This document shows, one piece after another, positions 53,601-64,000 of a stretch of 64,000 nucleotides of DNA; the first letter of the stretch is position 1, and every line of letters starts with the position of its first letter. The stretch comes from Gordius albopunctatus (lineage: Eukaryota). The translations under genes were made by a program, and so were the position numbers. Location: assembly GCA_964276515.1 (NCBI GenBank), contig OZ193909.1, positions 16,368,001-16,432,000 on the forward strand. The letters are read 5' to 3'. Below the pieces are notes generated by a model. It was not told where the DNA came from. It was given only the letters and a program-made list of their open reading frames with translations, and did no database searches.

Positions 53601-56600
53601 TAGTCCCAAAAACTTCTCCATTCGGAAGTGTCTAACGACCACCTATTGTTGATTAATAATGATCAAAATCCATTGACAATATTTGTCAGGATTTTGAAAC
53701 TGTATTTTTTATAATGGTGTTCTAAGCAATCCGATTTCATACAACTAGTATATGCCTAGAAAGTCAACTAGGAGGCCATGCCCATGAGTTTTTAAAGATC
53801 CATTTTATTTTTAAGTCTCCTGCTGGAAGTGTTTCATAATATCTAAACCATATTAGTCTTAAATTTAAACTAGTTCCTAGATGGCATTTATTAGAGTAAA
53901 ATTATTATTATGTTCACGGTGGGCGCACTTGTAAGTCGGGGTTTTCTTCACCAATAATAAACACCGCAATCAGTTTATACTTATTGCAATAAAATTAACT
54001 ATATAGATTCCATTGACACTAAGTCCAGCCTAGAATCGGTTAAGGAATTGATATCCTTCATCTACATCTACCTCAAAAACGTGTCCCAAAATGACCGGAG
54101 TCGCCCGAATTATGTTTTACTTCGCGACGTTTGCCTTTACATCACCCGCCTATTCCAGGTATATCGAGCATTATGAACTATGCTCGATATTATACATAGA
54201 TCTGGGTGTAGTCAGCATTGCAATTAAAGGGGGGGGGGCATTAATGATTTAGGAAGGGGCGAATTGATAATTTTTTAAAGTATAACCAAAATTTTAAAAA
54301 ATTTTGTATTTAGAGATCTCCTCGCTTTCCCCTAGCTACGCCCATGTAAATTAATATAAATTTTGAACATTTGTAGAAATTTAATGTATTTGCTTTAAAA
54401 ATTGGAACACAATCTATTGATACTTTTTTATATACGTTTTTACAAAATATGGTCAATTAATGAGACAGGATATAACCATGAATTGAACTTCAATTTTTGA
54501 AAATTTTCCCCCAAAATATTGTTTGTTTGCTGAAAATCCCTTATTATAAAGATATTACCCTAAATTTATGTAAAAGTTTTTGTTTAGGGGCATGTGGTTG
54601 AGTAGGAAATGCTTAAGCCCCCCCCACCCCCATCGAGTGCCTAACAGGGTTAATAAAAATAAAAATGAGTATAAATTTAGCCTTTCGCGAATTCTTCAAA
54701 ACGAGAGATCGCATAATACCCGTTTTATATATTCTTATATTATGTGTAAAATTTAATATATCGAAGCGAGTCTCAGTCTTTATGACTTTAACCACTTTTC
54801 AAGGGTTTAATGAACAGATCAGCTTGTTTCTCACCCATTTTATTACGTGTTTAAACTCAAAGTCGTTAGGGATTGTGTTTATCAATTTCATTCACCTTGA
54901 TAGAGTAAGGGCCATGTCCCGGTTGTCCTCTTATTTTCCTTAGCTTTGGCCCCTTTTCACTCAGCACGAGGCCGTTCTCTTCCGCTCTTCACCTGCACTT
55001 CCTTTGATTTACACCGTTTGCCCCTCTTTTTAGTACATGTCCATACCACGTTACCCGATTTTCCCTTTGTTTTGCCTTCATTCGCACCATTCTTTCAATT
55101 GTGATTATGCCAAAAATTTATGGGTTTCTTTATCGTAATAAGATTTACGGCGTGTACGAGGGTGACGATAGCATAGGGCCAGGTTCCCTCTCCAAAACCG
55201 ATTCTCAGGTAACGTGTTTGATAAATGAGACATTTTTACAATATCATGTAGAGTGTGGGCGTTAGCTACTCAAAATCATGATAGTTTGTTCTAAGCTTGA
55301 ATGGATACTCTCGTTTTTGTATTATTAAGTAAGCGGTTTATAATTGGTTTTTGTAAAAAATTTGCCTGCTCTTTAAACGGACATTTATCGAAAAGATGAA
55401 ATTGTCGATTACGTGTGCAGGACGGGTATTAGTGTTGTAAAACAGCTGGATTCGTTTGGTCGTCCTTTGGTGTGAGTCGACTAAACATATATAGACCAAA
55501 AAAATTTTGACCGGGTCTATTTTCCCTAGTCGCATTAAATGACCAACGGTTTTTTTGGTCAAATCTTTGGTCCGTGTATCCTTAGTTGACTAAAATCAAA
55601 GGTCGACCCAAAAAAGGCGGCCATTTAAGGCAACATTACCGAAATGTTGCCTTAAATGGCATACAGATGTCGTCTTTTCCCTTCCCCCCCCCACTTAATA
55701 TTGTTTTGCGATGAATTATATTGTGTGTGTGCTTACTAGATGGAAAATGAGGTGGTGCTGCCATATCTTGAGGTTCTGGCCTTGTTCAGGGAACGTGTTA
55801 GAAAATCTGCCATCCAAAACAAAAGTAAGAGTTCCCATCGAACGCGTGAAGTATTACAACTCGTGTCGTGTGTGATGCGATACGGTACTCTTACATTGTC
55901 ACCACCTTTCGTTTGGGAGCAAGTGAAAGTAGTCCAGATATATGTTTGAGCATGATGATAATTTGTGTGTCCCCTATCTGGATTACATTTCAATTATGAG
56001 CAACTGTTTTACGTTGATAAGGTGTGATACTAATTTTGTTCTTCCCACAAACATGGCTTTGGCCTGCTCGCCAGTTTCAACACTATAAATCCAATGGAAG
56101 TCAAGTTTTAGGTGAAAGTTTAGGGTAATGATTGTCAAAATCAATTTTCGCCCCTATATTTACACAGATTCTTATTTATCCCCCGCATTTTCGTATTGTG
56201 CCTTATTTTATCGTTCCACGTAAGCTTGGGTCTCCATTTTTTTGTTTTCCTTCGAAATTTTTATCTCTATCTTCCCTCCGACGAAGCTATCGTCCCTTCT
56301 CTCAACGTGGACATTCCATCTTGGTCTCTTTATTACGAGCTTTGTCTTGCGAGATGTTGTACCCAGATTTCTCCTTATTTCTTCATTTCATTATAGCAAG
56401 TGACAAATTCTTTCCCCAACCCAAATCTTTTTGATTCAATAAACTAGCAGCCGTGTGATAAAACTAGAGATACATTGTCTCTTAAGTAGACATAAAGACT
56501 CTCTTTCAAAATTAAAAATTTATCTCAGCTGATAACAATATTAAGATTTATACAAGCTACGAAAGTTTATTAACGTGTATGTTATTTTTTGTGTAGACAA

Positions 56601-59600
56601 GGAGATATTGGAGATTTGCGACGAGTTACGGGACTCCATTTTACCTGATGTCGGAGTCCGACTAGAAGATAAAGGTAATTTATCCCCCTTTTTGCCTTAA
56701 TTAAACGACGACACGCATTTTTTAAGTAAATTAATTTTTTGGGGTAAATAAAATTTTTACGATATAGTAAAATGACAAATTTTATTTTAAAAATAAAAAA
56801 TTTTGGGGAAAAAACGACGATCAAATTGACAAATTATCCGGAGATTGATGTTTGATATAAAAAAATATTCGGAATTGACGTGCGCATCACAGGGATATAA
56901 CTTTATCCCTTATTAACCTTTTTAATTTTTTGCACATCCTTGTTGTGTACGGTTTGTATAGCTTAATTTTGTTTTTATACTATATCGTACAAAAGATGCG
57001 ATTTTCTACTGGACTTTTGTTTTTTTATCGATCAAACGATAGCTAATAATATAATTCGTTGTATAAACGGGGTGATGTTGGATTGATAGTATGCGTAGAA
57101 GAAATTAATTTCTCTCTACTCATTTTATTAATCCAACCCCACAGCTTTTGTACGGCGTGTTATGATATTACAAAGGATTGACAGTAAAAATAATAAATAT
57201 CATTAAATGATGGCTCATATCATGGGCGTCCCTCTTAATCGGAAAATCCTTTTAACTTTTACGTAATTACGGCTAAAATTAAAAAGAAACTATCATTCTG
57301 CCCCCCCCCCCAAATCATTATTGCCCCCTGTAAACCCAATCTTAGCCACGCCCATAGCTATTATTTTAAATTGATTGAATCGTGATTTTATAGGAGGTGA
57401 TTCGGTGATTAAATTTGTCGACAAAGAAACCATGGCGAAGGAGAAGGAACAAGAAGCAGTACTGAAGAGGAGCAAAGAATTGGAAAGAATGAAGCTAAAG
57501 GCATTTAACGAAGAAGCTTTGGTTAGTGCACCTTGTTTTTTCATTATAGTTTGAAATTCTCAATTTTTTGAAATTATGCTTAAAACTTTCAAAGCAAATC
57601 GAGCCATTCTCTTTTGATAATAGCCAAAACGAGTTTAAGTTTTTAACAAATAGGTAATTGTATCTCAGCTTGTCAGCTAGTTGAGAGAGCCGGATGGAAT
57701 TCTTTTAATCCGCATTTGTTTGGCCCGAGTTTAGGGCTTTACATGTAAATTTATTTATGGAGCTGAATGAAAAATGTGATAAACTAGATTAATACGGTGT
57801 GAACAAATTAATCCTACTTAAATACTGTGGTGAGTAGCTAATTCACTTTGTTTATGGGGGGGGCAAGCTTAGCGATAGTAAATTTATTAAGAATGCGTTG
57901 TAATGTCGTTTTTTCAATCGTCAAGCAAGAAGAACATGCCCAAGTCAATTCCCCTAAATTAATACATTTGAACAATTTATAGTGATCGAACATTTACCCG
58001 TAAATCATATAAATATAATTAATGATATAATAGGTGTTTTACCTAGGGCGTAATCAGCATTGAAATTAGAGGGGGGGGCGAAATGAACATTTTTTGAAAT
58101 TTTAGCCATAATTTTAACAAATTTTTGGATTTCTTGGCTACGCTCATGCGTTTGGATTCACTGATTGGGCTTTAAATGTTTAAATTTTTTGTTAGGCTAA
58201 AAAAGAGGCCTTGAATAAGGTGCCGCCCAGTCAGTTATTCGTTCACGAGATCGATAAGTATAGCGCCTTTGACGAAAAGGTAAATATATCAAATTCATCC
58301 TATTCTAATCACCGTGTGTTCCATAAATGTCTGTTGTAGTTATGGACTGATAAAATAGTGAAGCTTTTTTTAAGAGTGAAAAGCATTTCTTGATCTCCAT
58401 CTGCTTATAACTAAAAATTATTAAAAGGGATGTTTGCCTTAAGGACTTTCAAATAAAGTCATTGTAGAAATAATAATAAAAGTTAATGTATAGATTTTCA
58501 AAGCTATGGGGAGTGTCCACGATTTGTTAATGCAGTTTTACTTAAATTTTTGTTGATGGTGATATTTTTATACGAGAAATCACTAAAAATTAATAATATC
58601 ACCTACTCCGCAATTAAAAGTGACACTAGGATTAGTGATGATCAAAACCTAGGTCAGGTTTTCCCGAGGTCCAACCTCAGGTCGGTTTTAGGTTCGGTTG
58701 TTGAAAAACCTTGCCAGGTTTTTGAACACCCGAACCTTAACCTGAGGTTGATCCCGAAAATCAACCTGAAAAACCTTCAGGTCAATTTTATCCCCAACCT
58801 GAAACCCAGGTTGAGCTCAGGTTAACCTGATAAAAATCTCTTGTTTTATGCGATAAATTTAAGAATAAATTTTTATTTTACTTTAACTATTTTCCTTTTT
58901 CAAGATGCGTCAAACTTTATAAATATTTACAATTTGAAATGGAGAAAAAATAGTTTTTGGTTAGTTAGTAGTAGTATATGTTGTGTAAGTGCTATCCCGT
59001 ATAGCATAGTATATGCATATCCCAACACTTTATTTATCAAAATTTATAAACATATAGATGGCGTCATCGAGTAATATACATGTTTAACAATTAATTAAAT
59101 TTTTATATAAAAAAAATCTTATTTTTTTTTTTAAATAATAACCAAAAACTATTTTTTCTTCATTTAAAATTGTAAATATTTAAAAAGTTTGACGCATCTT
59201 GAAAAAGGAAAATAGTTAAAGTAAAATAAAAATTTATTCTTAAATTTATCGCATAAAAGAAGAGATTTTTATCAGGTTAACCTGAGGTCAACCTGGGTTT
59301 CAGGTTGGGGATAAAATTGACCTGAGCGTTTTTCAGGTTAAGGTTCGGGTGTTCACAAACCTGACAAGCTTTTTCAACACCCGAACCTGAACCCTCAGGT
59401 TGCTTGATCAAAACCTACTAGGATGCCAAAAATATTCGATGTGTTGTTAAGTTATCGAATCCTGCTAAATTACTTTTTAAATTAGCGAAATCCATTTTTT
59501 TTTTTTTGTTAAAGTTTATTTTCAAGAAACAAAGTTACATTAATAAGCGAAATACAAAAATAAAGACATATTGGTTAAATACAAAGATTTATATCATTCT

Positions 59601-62600
59601 CTTCTAAAATGGGCCATGAGTCGGCGAATGATTTAAAGTTGTATCGTGCAACAAGAATCCCTAGTTGTTGCCTGAGTAAAAAGGACGCAGAAATTTTAGA
59701 TTTCGGGGTGCGTTTTCCGATTTCTTTAAAAAACCCCATTGCCTGTTTTCCAAAGGAACCAGAGCACGTGGCAACGACAGGGATAAAAATATTGGATGCC
59801 AAAAGGGCAGAATACTTTGTAGTTTTACGCCCTTCTTCTGTAGCGATAGGGTCGTAATTAAAATGGGAAGGTGCAAAAAGGTCAATACAAGTAAAATCCC
59901 ATTTGAGGGATAGGCCATTTTGCCAGGGGACTAGAGAAGAGCCGTCAGGGCGCATCCTACCTTCAAGAGAGGGATCTGACGGCTCAAGGATTGAGGGGAT
60001 TTTGGCCTTTTTAAGGGCAGCTTGAATTAATAAATTAGCTTTAGTGTGCCTAACGTATTTATATTTGTTTGCTAGGCAGTGTAAAGGGTGCCTAGCATAT
60101 TCGTCTACAACGGTAAGGCAGTTTTGACAGTTGAATTCTCTGCTGTAACTAATCTCCAACCTTAAAGCTATGGAATATGATAGCTCAAAGTCTTCGAGCA
60201 GCATTCCCAAAAGTTTGCTGGGATAGGCTTCAAGCCACTCGTGACCGGAACCGTCAAAAGCGAGGGACCTAAGGTTGTAATGCTGGCTATCATCGCTGCT
60301 CGATAAGAGGTAATCAACGGAGCGCGATACTAGTCCAGAATCCCAATCCTTTTGTCTCGTACTTTGAGGTTGGATGGTCTCGGGTGTGACATTCAAATTC
60401 CAAAGCTCCAAGGCTTGAGTTAGCAGGGGGTCGGAATCATGTTTTATGAGATTAAAAATTAAGTTTTGGACCGACTTAAAAGAGGAAATAAAAGCGGCTA
60501 GCGATATGCTGCCGGGAGGGCGAATTCCTAATCCTCCAGATTTGGTTGGGAGGGATGCTTGAATCCAATTGTTAGTATTAAATTTTAAATTTAAAATTTT
60601 TTCTAATAACGTTTTTAAAAAGCCTTCGTACGACTTTAAAACGTCTAGGTGTAAAAATGCGCCAGATGAGCGAAAACAATGATTAATCTTTGAGATGTTA
60701 AAATAGTTTTTGATTATGTAAAATGAGTGATGCGCTGGCAAGCATTTTAAAAGTTCCGTTTTAGATTTTAAAATTTCAAGGTTCTTATGAAGAAAATTTA
60801 GGAGAGATTTTTCACCGCCAATGGGTGATCCCAAAAGGGATATGTTTTCCTTCTCTAAAACTAAAAAAGGTTTAAAAATTGGAAAGTCAATAGTGTTGGG
60901 GGCCTGAAAGATTTCACATTTTTTCGAGTTTAATGTAAGATTCAGAGTGGGTTTAAAATTGTTGATAATTTGTATAGCTTTACTGATCTCCTCCGGGCGG
61001 CCACATAGGGTGGCGTCGTCGAGATACCAAACATTTAAATCCAGAATACACTGAGATGATATAGCCTCGACTAAATTATGAATGGCTAAACAAAACAAAG
61101 GAGGGCCTAATGAGTCTCCTTGTTGGATGCCTTCGGACGAGTCAATGACGTATTCGCCGAATCGAAGCTTGGTTGTAGAACCATAGCTTAATAAAATGTA
61201 ATTTACGAATTGAGGGAATTCAGTTAAAAAAGTGTTAATAAGGGTTTCTCTTCGAATGCAGTTAAAAGCATTGGCAAAATCTAATTTAACAAAGCAGGAC
61301 TCGGTGGGAATATTTTGGAGTGTGATCCGGCCAGCATGACTGGCTGCCTCACATCCGCCTTTAATTCCGAAGCCGAGTTGATGAGGGCGGAGCTTGGCGG
61401 ATAAGGAGGGTTTTATGAGTTTGCAGAGGGTTTTTGATATAATACGGCGAAAAAGACTTCCAATGGCGATGGGTCTAACTGAATTATCCGGTTTTTTGAT
61501 GGCGATAAGTTTTGCACCGAATAAAATAGGGATGATTTCATGAGGAAATTTTCCGTTAACAATGATATTACAAAAGGAAGTAATAGAATTTAAAAGAGGT
61601 TCAGTATTTAAGTTATTCAGGTTGAGTAAATCTTGTAGATATACTGGGCGCCATCCGTCGAGTCCGGCTGCGGAGTCCAAAGGAAAGGAGTTAAGGGCTT
61701 CACGGATGTCTGAAGACTCGAGCACTATTGATGATGGAGATGTGGGGTATTTACTGGCTGATGATGCTGCTGGGTGTTTTTGATTAAGCTCCCTATAAGA
61801 GTCAGGGCAACAAGGGGCAATTGAGTTGTTATCATAAAAAGCTCTAAGGGCACTTTTTGGGTTGAAATTATGGATTTTATTTGAAATGTGCTTGGCTGTT
61901 TGGTTAATTGTGGGTTCCAGTGGAAAGGGTTTTGTTTTACTTGTGCATGTAATGGGAACATCAGTATTAAAACTCAGAAGGGATTCCTTGATGAGGCTTG
62001 ATAAATTATGTTCATTAGGTTCCCTAACATAAAGGATATAATATGGGAATTTAAAAAGTTTGTCCCAATTGGTTAAGTTATAAGGGTTTTTGATAATGGA
62101 AGTGAATATATTTAGCAGAGATTGTTGGATGGAAGGTCTGGCTCCTCTTGGGATTCTGGAGATAGTATTAGGAAATGGGTTTGTTAAAAAAGAATTGCTC
62201 CAAGATGAGTCAGGCGGTTGATTAATTGATGGGGAGCATTGTAAGGATGGGGGGATGACGGGGCTAGGAATTGGCAATAGCACCCCTTTAATAGCATTTT
62301 GATTGTTGCCTTTTGGGAAATAACTTTACACGCGTTGAAAAAGTTATTTGTAGACAAGTCGCGTTTGGATGTGTTTGATTGTAATGTTAAAATTAAATAA
62401 ATAGACGGGGCTGAATTTAATTTGATGATGCATTAGCCAGGGGGCTGGAAGGGCATCGTGTCATATTTTAATAAACACTATACTTGATTTACAAATATTA
62501 CCTACCTCTTTTGGACTTTATCTTTTTGCCTTAAAAATTTATTAAAAGCTTGAAAATTATTTTGTTAAACCCATATGTGTACCAGGGATTTCCCACGCAC

Positions 62601-62708
62601 GATGCGCAAGGTGAAATGCTGAGCAAGGCGCAAACCAAGAAGTTGATGAAAATTTATCAGCAACAAGAAAAGAAATACGAAGAATATTTAGCCAAAGCTA
62701 GCGCTTAA
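41679..62708 (+). CDS. CARS1: Cytoplasmic cysteinyl-tRNA synthetase, 20 coding exons
   Basis: Exons: 41679(or acceptor 41689)-41777, 42105-42190, 42810-42906, 43772-43870, 44273-44425, 46358-46498, 47468-47556, 48545-48669, 49433-49545, 50101-50229, 51707-51940, 52512-52609, 52998-53038, 54007-54158, 55143-55208, 55740-55824, 56597-56674, 57394-57521, 58196-58279, 62586-62708; all GT-AG and in phase. Motifs [19 protein letters not shown] (HIGH-like), [37 protein letters not shown] and the eukaryote-type C-terminal FDEKGFPTHD. The start codon is uncertain. Confidence 0.96.
45117..46255 (+). mobile_element. DINE-1/HINE-like (Helentron-derived) non-autonomous element, complete copy
   Basis: Subterminal inverted repeats TTGCTATGCAATTTATGG (45123-45140) and CCATAAATTGCATAGCAA (46127-46144); (GTCC)5 microsatellite; ~270-290-bp central tandem repeats; 3' stem-loop GGGCCGAAGGCCC (46234-46246); T-runs at both ends. 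Confidence 0.8.
46886..47280 (-). mobile_element. 3' fragment of an RTE-clade LINE
   Basis: Translation [12 protein letters not shown]...RRNGEIR...[11 protein letters not shown], typical of RTE C-termini, and an (AAG)n tail. Related fragments near 52730-52880, 54900-55090 and 56190-56390. Confidence 0.8.
50592..50770. mobile_element. MITE with TAGTGCTGTAAAAACTG TIRs
   Basis: AGTGCTGTAAAAACTG ... CAGTTTTTACAACACT; related sequence near 47604-47730 and 55429-55610. Confidence 0.6.
58633..59417. mobile_element. Long-TIR foldback element/MITE
   Basis: About 58685-58963 is the near-exact reverse complement of about 59138-59400. Ends are TAG...CTA, flanked by the direct repeat (A)CTAGGAT. Confidence 0.8.
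59495..62283 (-). mobile_element. RLE-bearing non-LTR retrotransposon (CRE-like), 5'-truncated, antisense in the last CysRS intron
   Basis: Open 902-codon frame; AATAAA followed by an A13 tail (T-run 59495-59507). No ATG precedes the ORF, so the copy is probably 5'-truncated. No clear TSD. Confidence 0.9.
59575..62283 (-). CDS. Reverse transcriptase with C-terminal zinc knuckle and restriction-like endonuclease
   Basis: RT motifs [31 protein letters not shown] and [18 protein letters not shown]...HPLHC; RH...E...RPDG...D...K RLE signature. Confidence 0.92.
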   Translation of the reverse strand: MLLPIPSPVIPPSLQCSPSINQPPDSSWSNSFLTNPFPNTISRIPRGARPSIQQSLLNIFTSIIKNPYNLTNWDKLFKFPYYILYVREPNEHNLSSLIKESLLSFNTDVPITCTSKTKPFPLEPTINQTAKHISNKIHNFNPKSALRAFYDNNSIAPCCPDSYRELNQKHPAASSASKYPTSPSSIVLESSDIREALNSFPLDSAAGLDGWRPVYLQDLLNLNNLNTEPLLNSITSFCNIIVNGKFPHEIIPILFGAKLIAIKKPDNSVRPIAIGSLFRRIISKTLCKLIKPSLSAKLRPHQLGFGIKGGCEAASHAGRITLQNIPTESCFVKLDFANAFNCIRRETLINTFLTEFPQFVNYILLSYGSTTKLRFGEYVIDSSEGIQQGDSLGPPLFCLAIHNLVEAISSQCILDLNVWYLDDATLCGRPEEISKAIQIINNFKPTLNLTLNSKKCEIFQAPNTIDFPIFKPFLVLEKENISLLGSPIGGEKSLLNFLHKNLEILKSKTELLKCLPAHHSFYIIKNYFNISKINHCFRSSGAFLHLDVLKSYEGFLKTLLEKILNLKFNTNNWIQASLPTKSGGLGIRPPGSISLAAFISSFKSVQNLIFNLIKHDSDPLLTQALELWNLNVTPETIQPQSTRQKDWDSGLVSRSVDYLLSSSDDSQHYNLRSLAFDGSGHEWLEAYPSKLLGMLLEDFELSYSIALRLEISYSREFNCQNCLTVVDEYARHPLHCLANKYKYVRHTKANLLIQAALKKAKIPSILEPSDPSLEGRMRPDGSSLVPWQNGLSLKWDFTCIDLFAPSHFNYDPIATEEGRKTTKYSALLASNIFIPVVATCSGSFGKQAMGFFKEIGKRTPKSKISASFLLRQQLGILVARYNFKSFADSWPILEENDINLCI

Positions 62709-63530
62709 AGCCTTCAAAAAACCCCGATCTATAAAAGATGTTTTTATTCGTTATTTTATCTTTTTAAAATTTGTCAGAAACTTTATAGAGGCACGGTGAG
62801 ACGTGTGTTTGTGTGCGTCTTTTATAACCAAATATTTCGTAACAATTAAATCCAACGCGTTTTACCACCCGCCTCCTCCGCTAATTTAACAACTCGGTTT
62901 TATAGCCATTACACATTTCAGCATAACTCTACCCTCTCTTTACTATAATCTTACAAACGCTGTTTTTCATCATTTTACAACCAAAAATCGGTTCATGTGA
63001 TCCATGTATTCGTACATTGAATTCTAAACAAGAGACTATAAACGTGAAGTTTTGTAACCTCCCTGAATATCTCTGTTTGATAAACTTTACGTAATGCTTT
63101 GTTTTTAACCTATGAACAATAATATTTTCCTTACCCATTAGAGCTTCATTGATGCTTTGACTAAATCTAGTCATCTACTCATTTTAAATATTTAAACTTT
63201 ATATTATAAGGGTGCATTAAAAACTAATGGAATTAATAATATTTTGAATCTAAATTTTAAATTATAAATCATCTAATTTACTAATAGTTAGGTCTTAAAT
63301 TTAAATGTGTATGCTGCTGACCTTTCGACCTGGCAATCGTGTATTAAATCGATTTTGATTGTATAAGTAATTATTAAACATTGTAATTTTACATGCAAAT
63401 TTATAAATAAGTGTGAGCAAATAATATATATAACCTTGTTTTTGTTAAATGCCAATATTAAAATTTGGAATTAAAAAGACAAGTAATTCCTGTCATTTCA
63501 ACATGGCTGCCTTTGGTTGGATTAACAATC

Positions 63531-63633
63531 TCACCATAATTCACATTTTTGTGTGAAATTTCTTCGTAAATCTTTCACGTCGCACTGAAAAGTTTTAGCG
63601 AATTCGTCGGAATTTGCCAATGTACCCATAACC
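63531..63633 (-). CDS. Terminal exon of a neprilysin-like (M13) metallopeptidase; the rest of the gene lies beyond the window
   Basis: Minus-strand acceptor ATTTAG, then (R)VMGTLANSDEFAKTFQCDVKDLRRNFTQKCELW-TGA. This matches the M13 C-terminal signature RV.G.L.N..EF...F.C...C.(V/L)W. It is not in the supplied ORF track. Confidence 0.85.
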
Positions 63634-64000
63634 CTAAATCGTGTTAAATACTTCACTTTATTTTCTTTTAAATTAATTTTATAAAGAGTAATAATTAGCA
63701 AATGTCATGTGGCAAATATTGGGGTTAGGACAAAAGACCTCTGAATCAAAGACCAGAAATGATTTTCGGGCGGGCACGCTGATAAGATTCGGGCATGCCC
63801 AAAATTTTATCAAATTAATTTTTCCTTGAAAAAAAAATTCGGTTATAAATAATATTGGGCCATAATAAATTCGACTAGATTGTTTTTTAATCGCTTAAAT
63901 CTTCATTGTACGTTTATATAATGTCCTAATTTCAATTTCTTCAAAATTAAATTTTATTTCGAATAAATTAATTTAACTGGTTTGTCTCAAGATCAAAAAA

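Noticed and set aside
62929..63174. 81-aa minus-strand ORF as a gene
   Set aside because: No recognisable motif; lies between two convergent stop codons in probable 3' UTR space.

Overview
AT-rich animal (invertebrate-type) nuclear DNA with GT-AG spliceosomal introns. Genes assembled by hand from splice sites and protein motifs, all on +: a 9-exon matrix metalloproteinase with a probable GPI anchor (3325-16933), a single-coding-exon Dimmed/Mist1-type bHLH factor (26334-27680), a 4-exon single-domain secreted ACE-like M2 peptidase (28972-31676) and a 20-exon cytosolic cysteinyl-tRNA synthetase (about 41679-62708). The last exon of a convergent neprilysin-like M13 peptidase lies on - (63531-63633). 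The rest is transposon-rich. An intact, very young Ty3/gypsy element of CsRn1/Kabuki type sits inside a non-autonomous Helitron, which sits inside a foldback element. An RLE-type (CRE-like) non-LTR retrotransposon lies antisense in the last CysRS intron, with an older decayed relative at about 39 kb. There are also DINE-1/HINE-like elements with ~280-bp tandem arrays, several hAT-type MITE families and RTE fragments. The most speculative leads are a structured GC-richer island in CysRS intron 10 (candidate ncRNA), a (TAAA)32 intron that could drive intronic polyadenylation of the MMP, and tRNA B-box-like motifs amplified within HINE arrays. The organism was not determined and no database searches were run.
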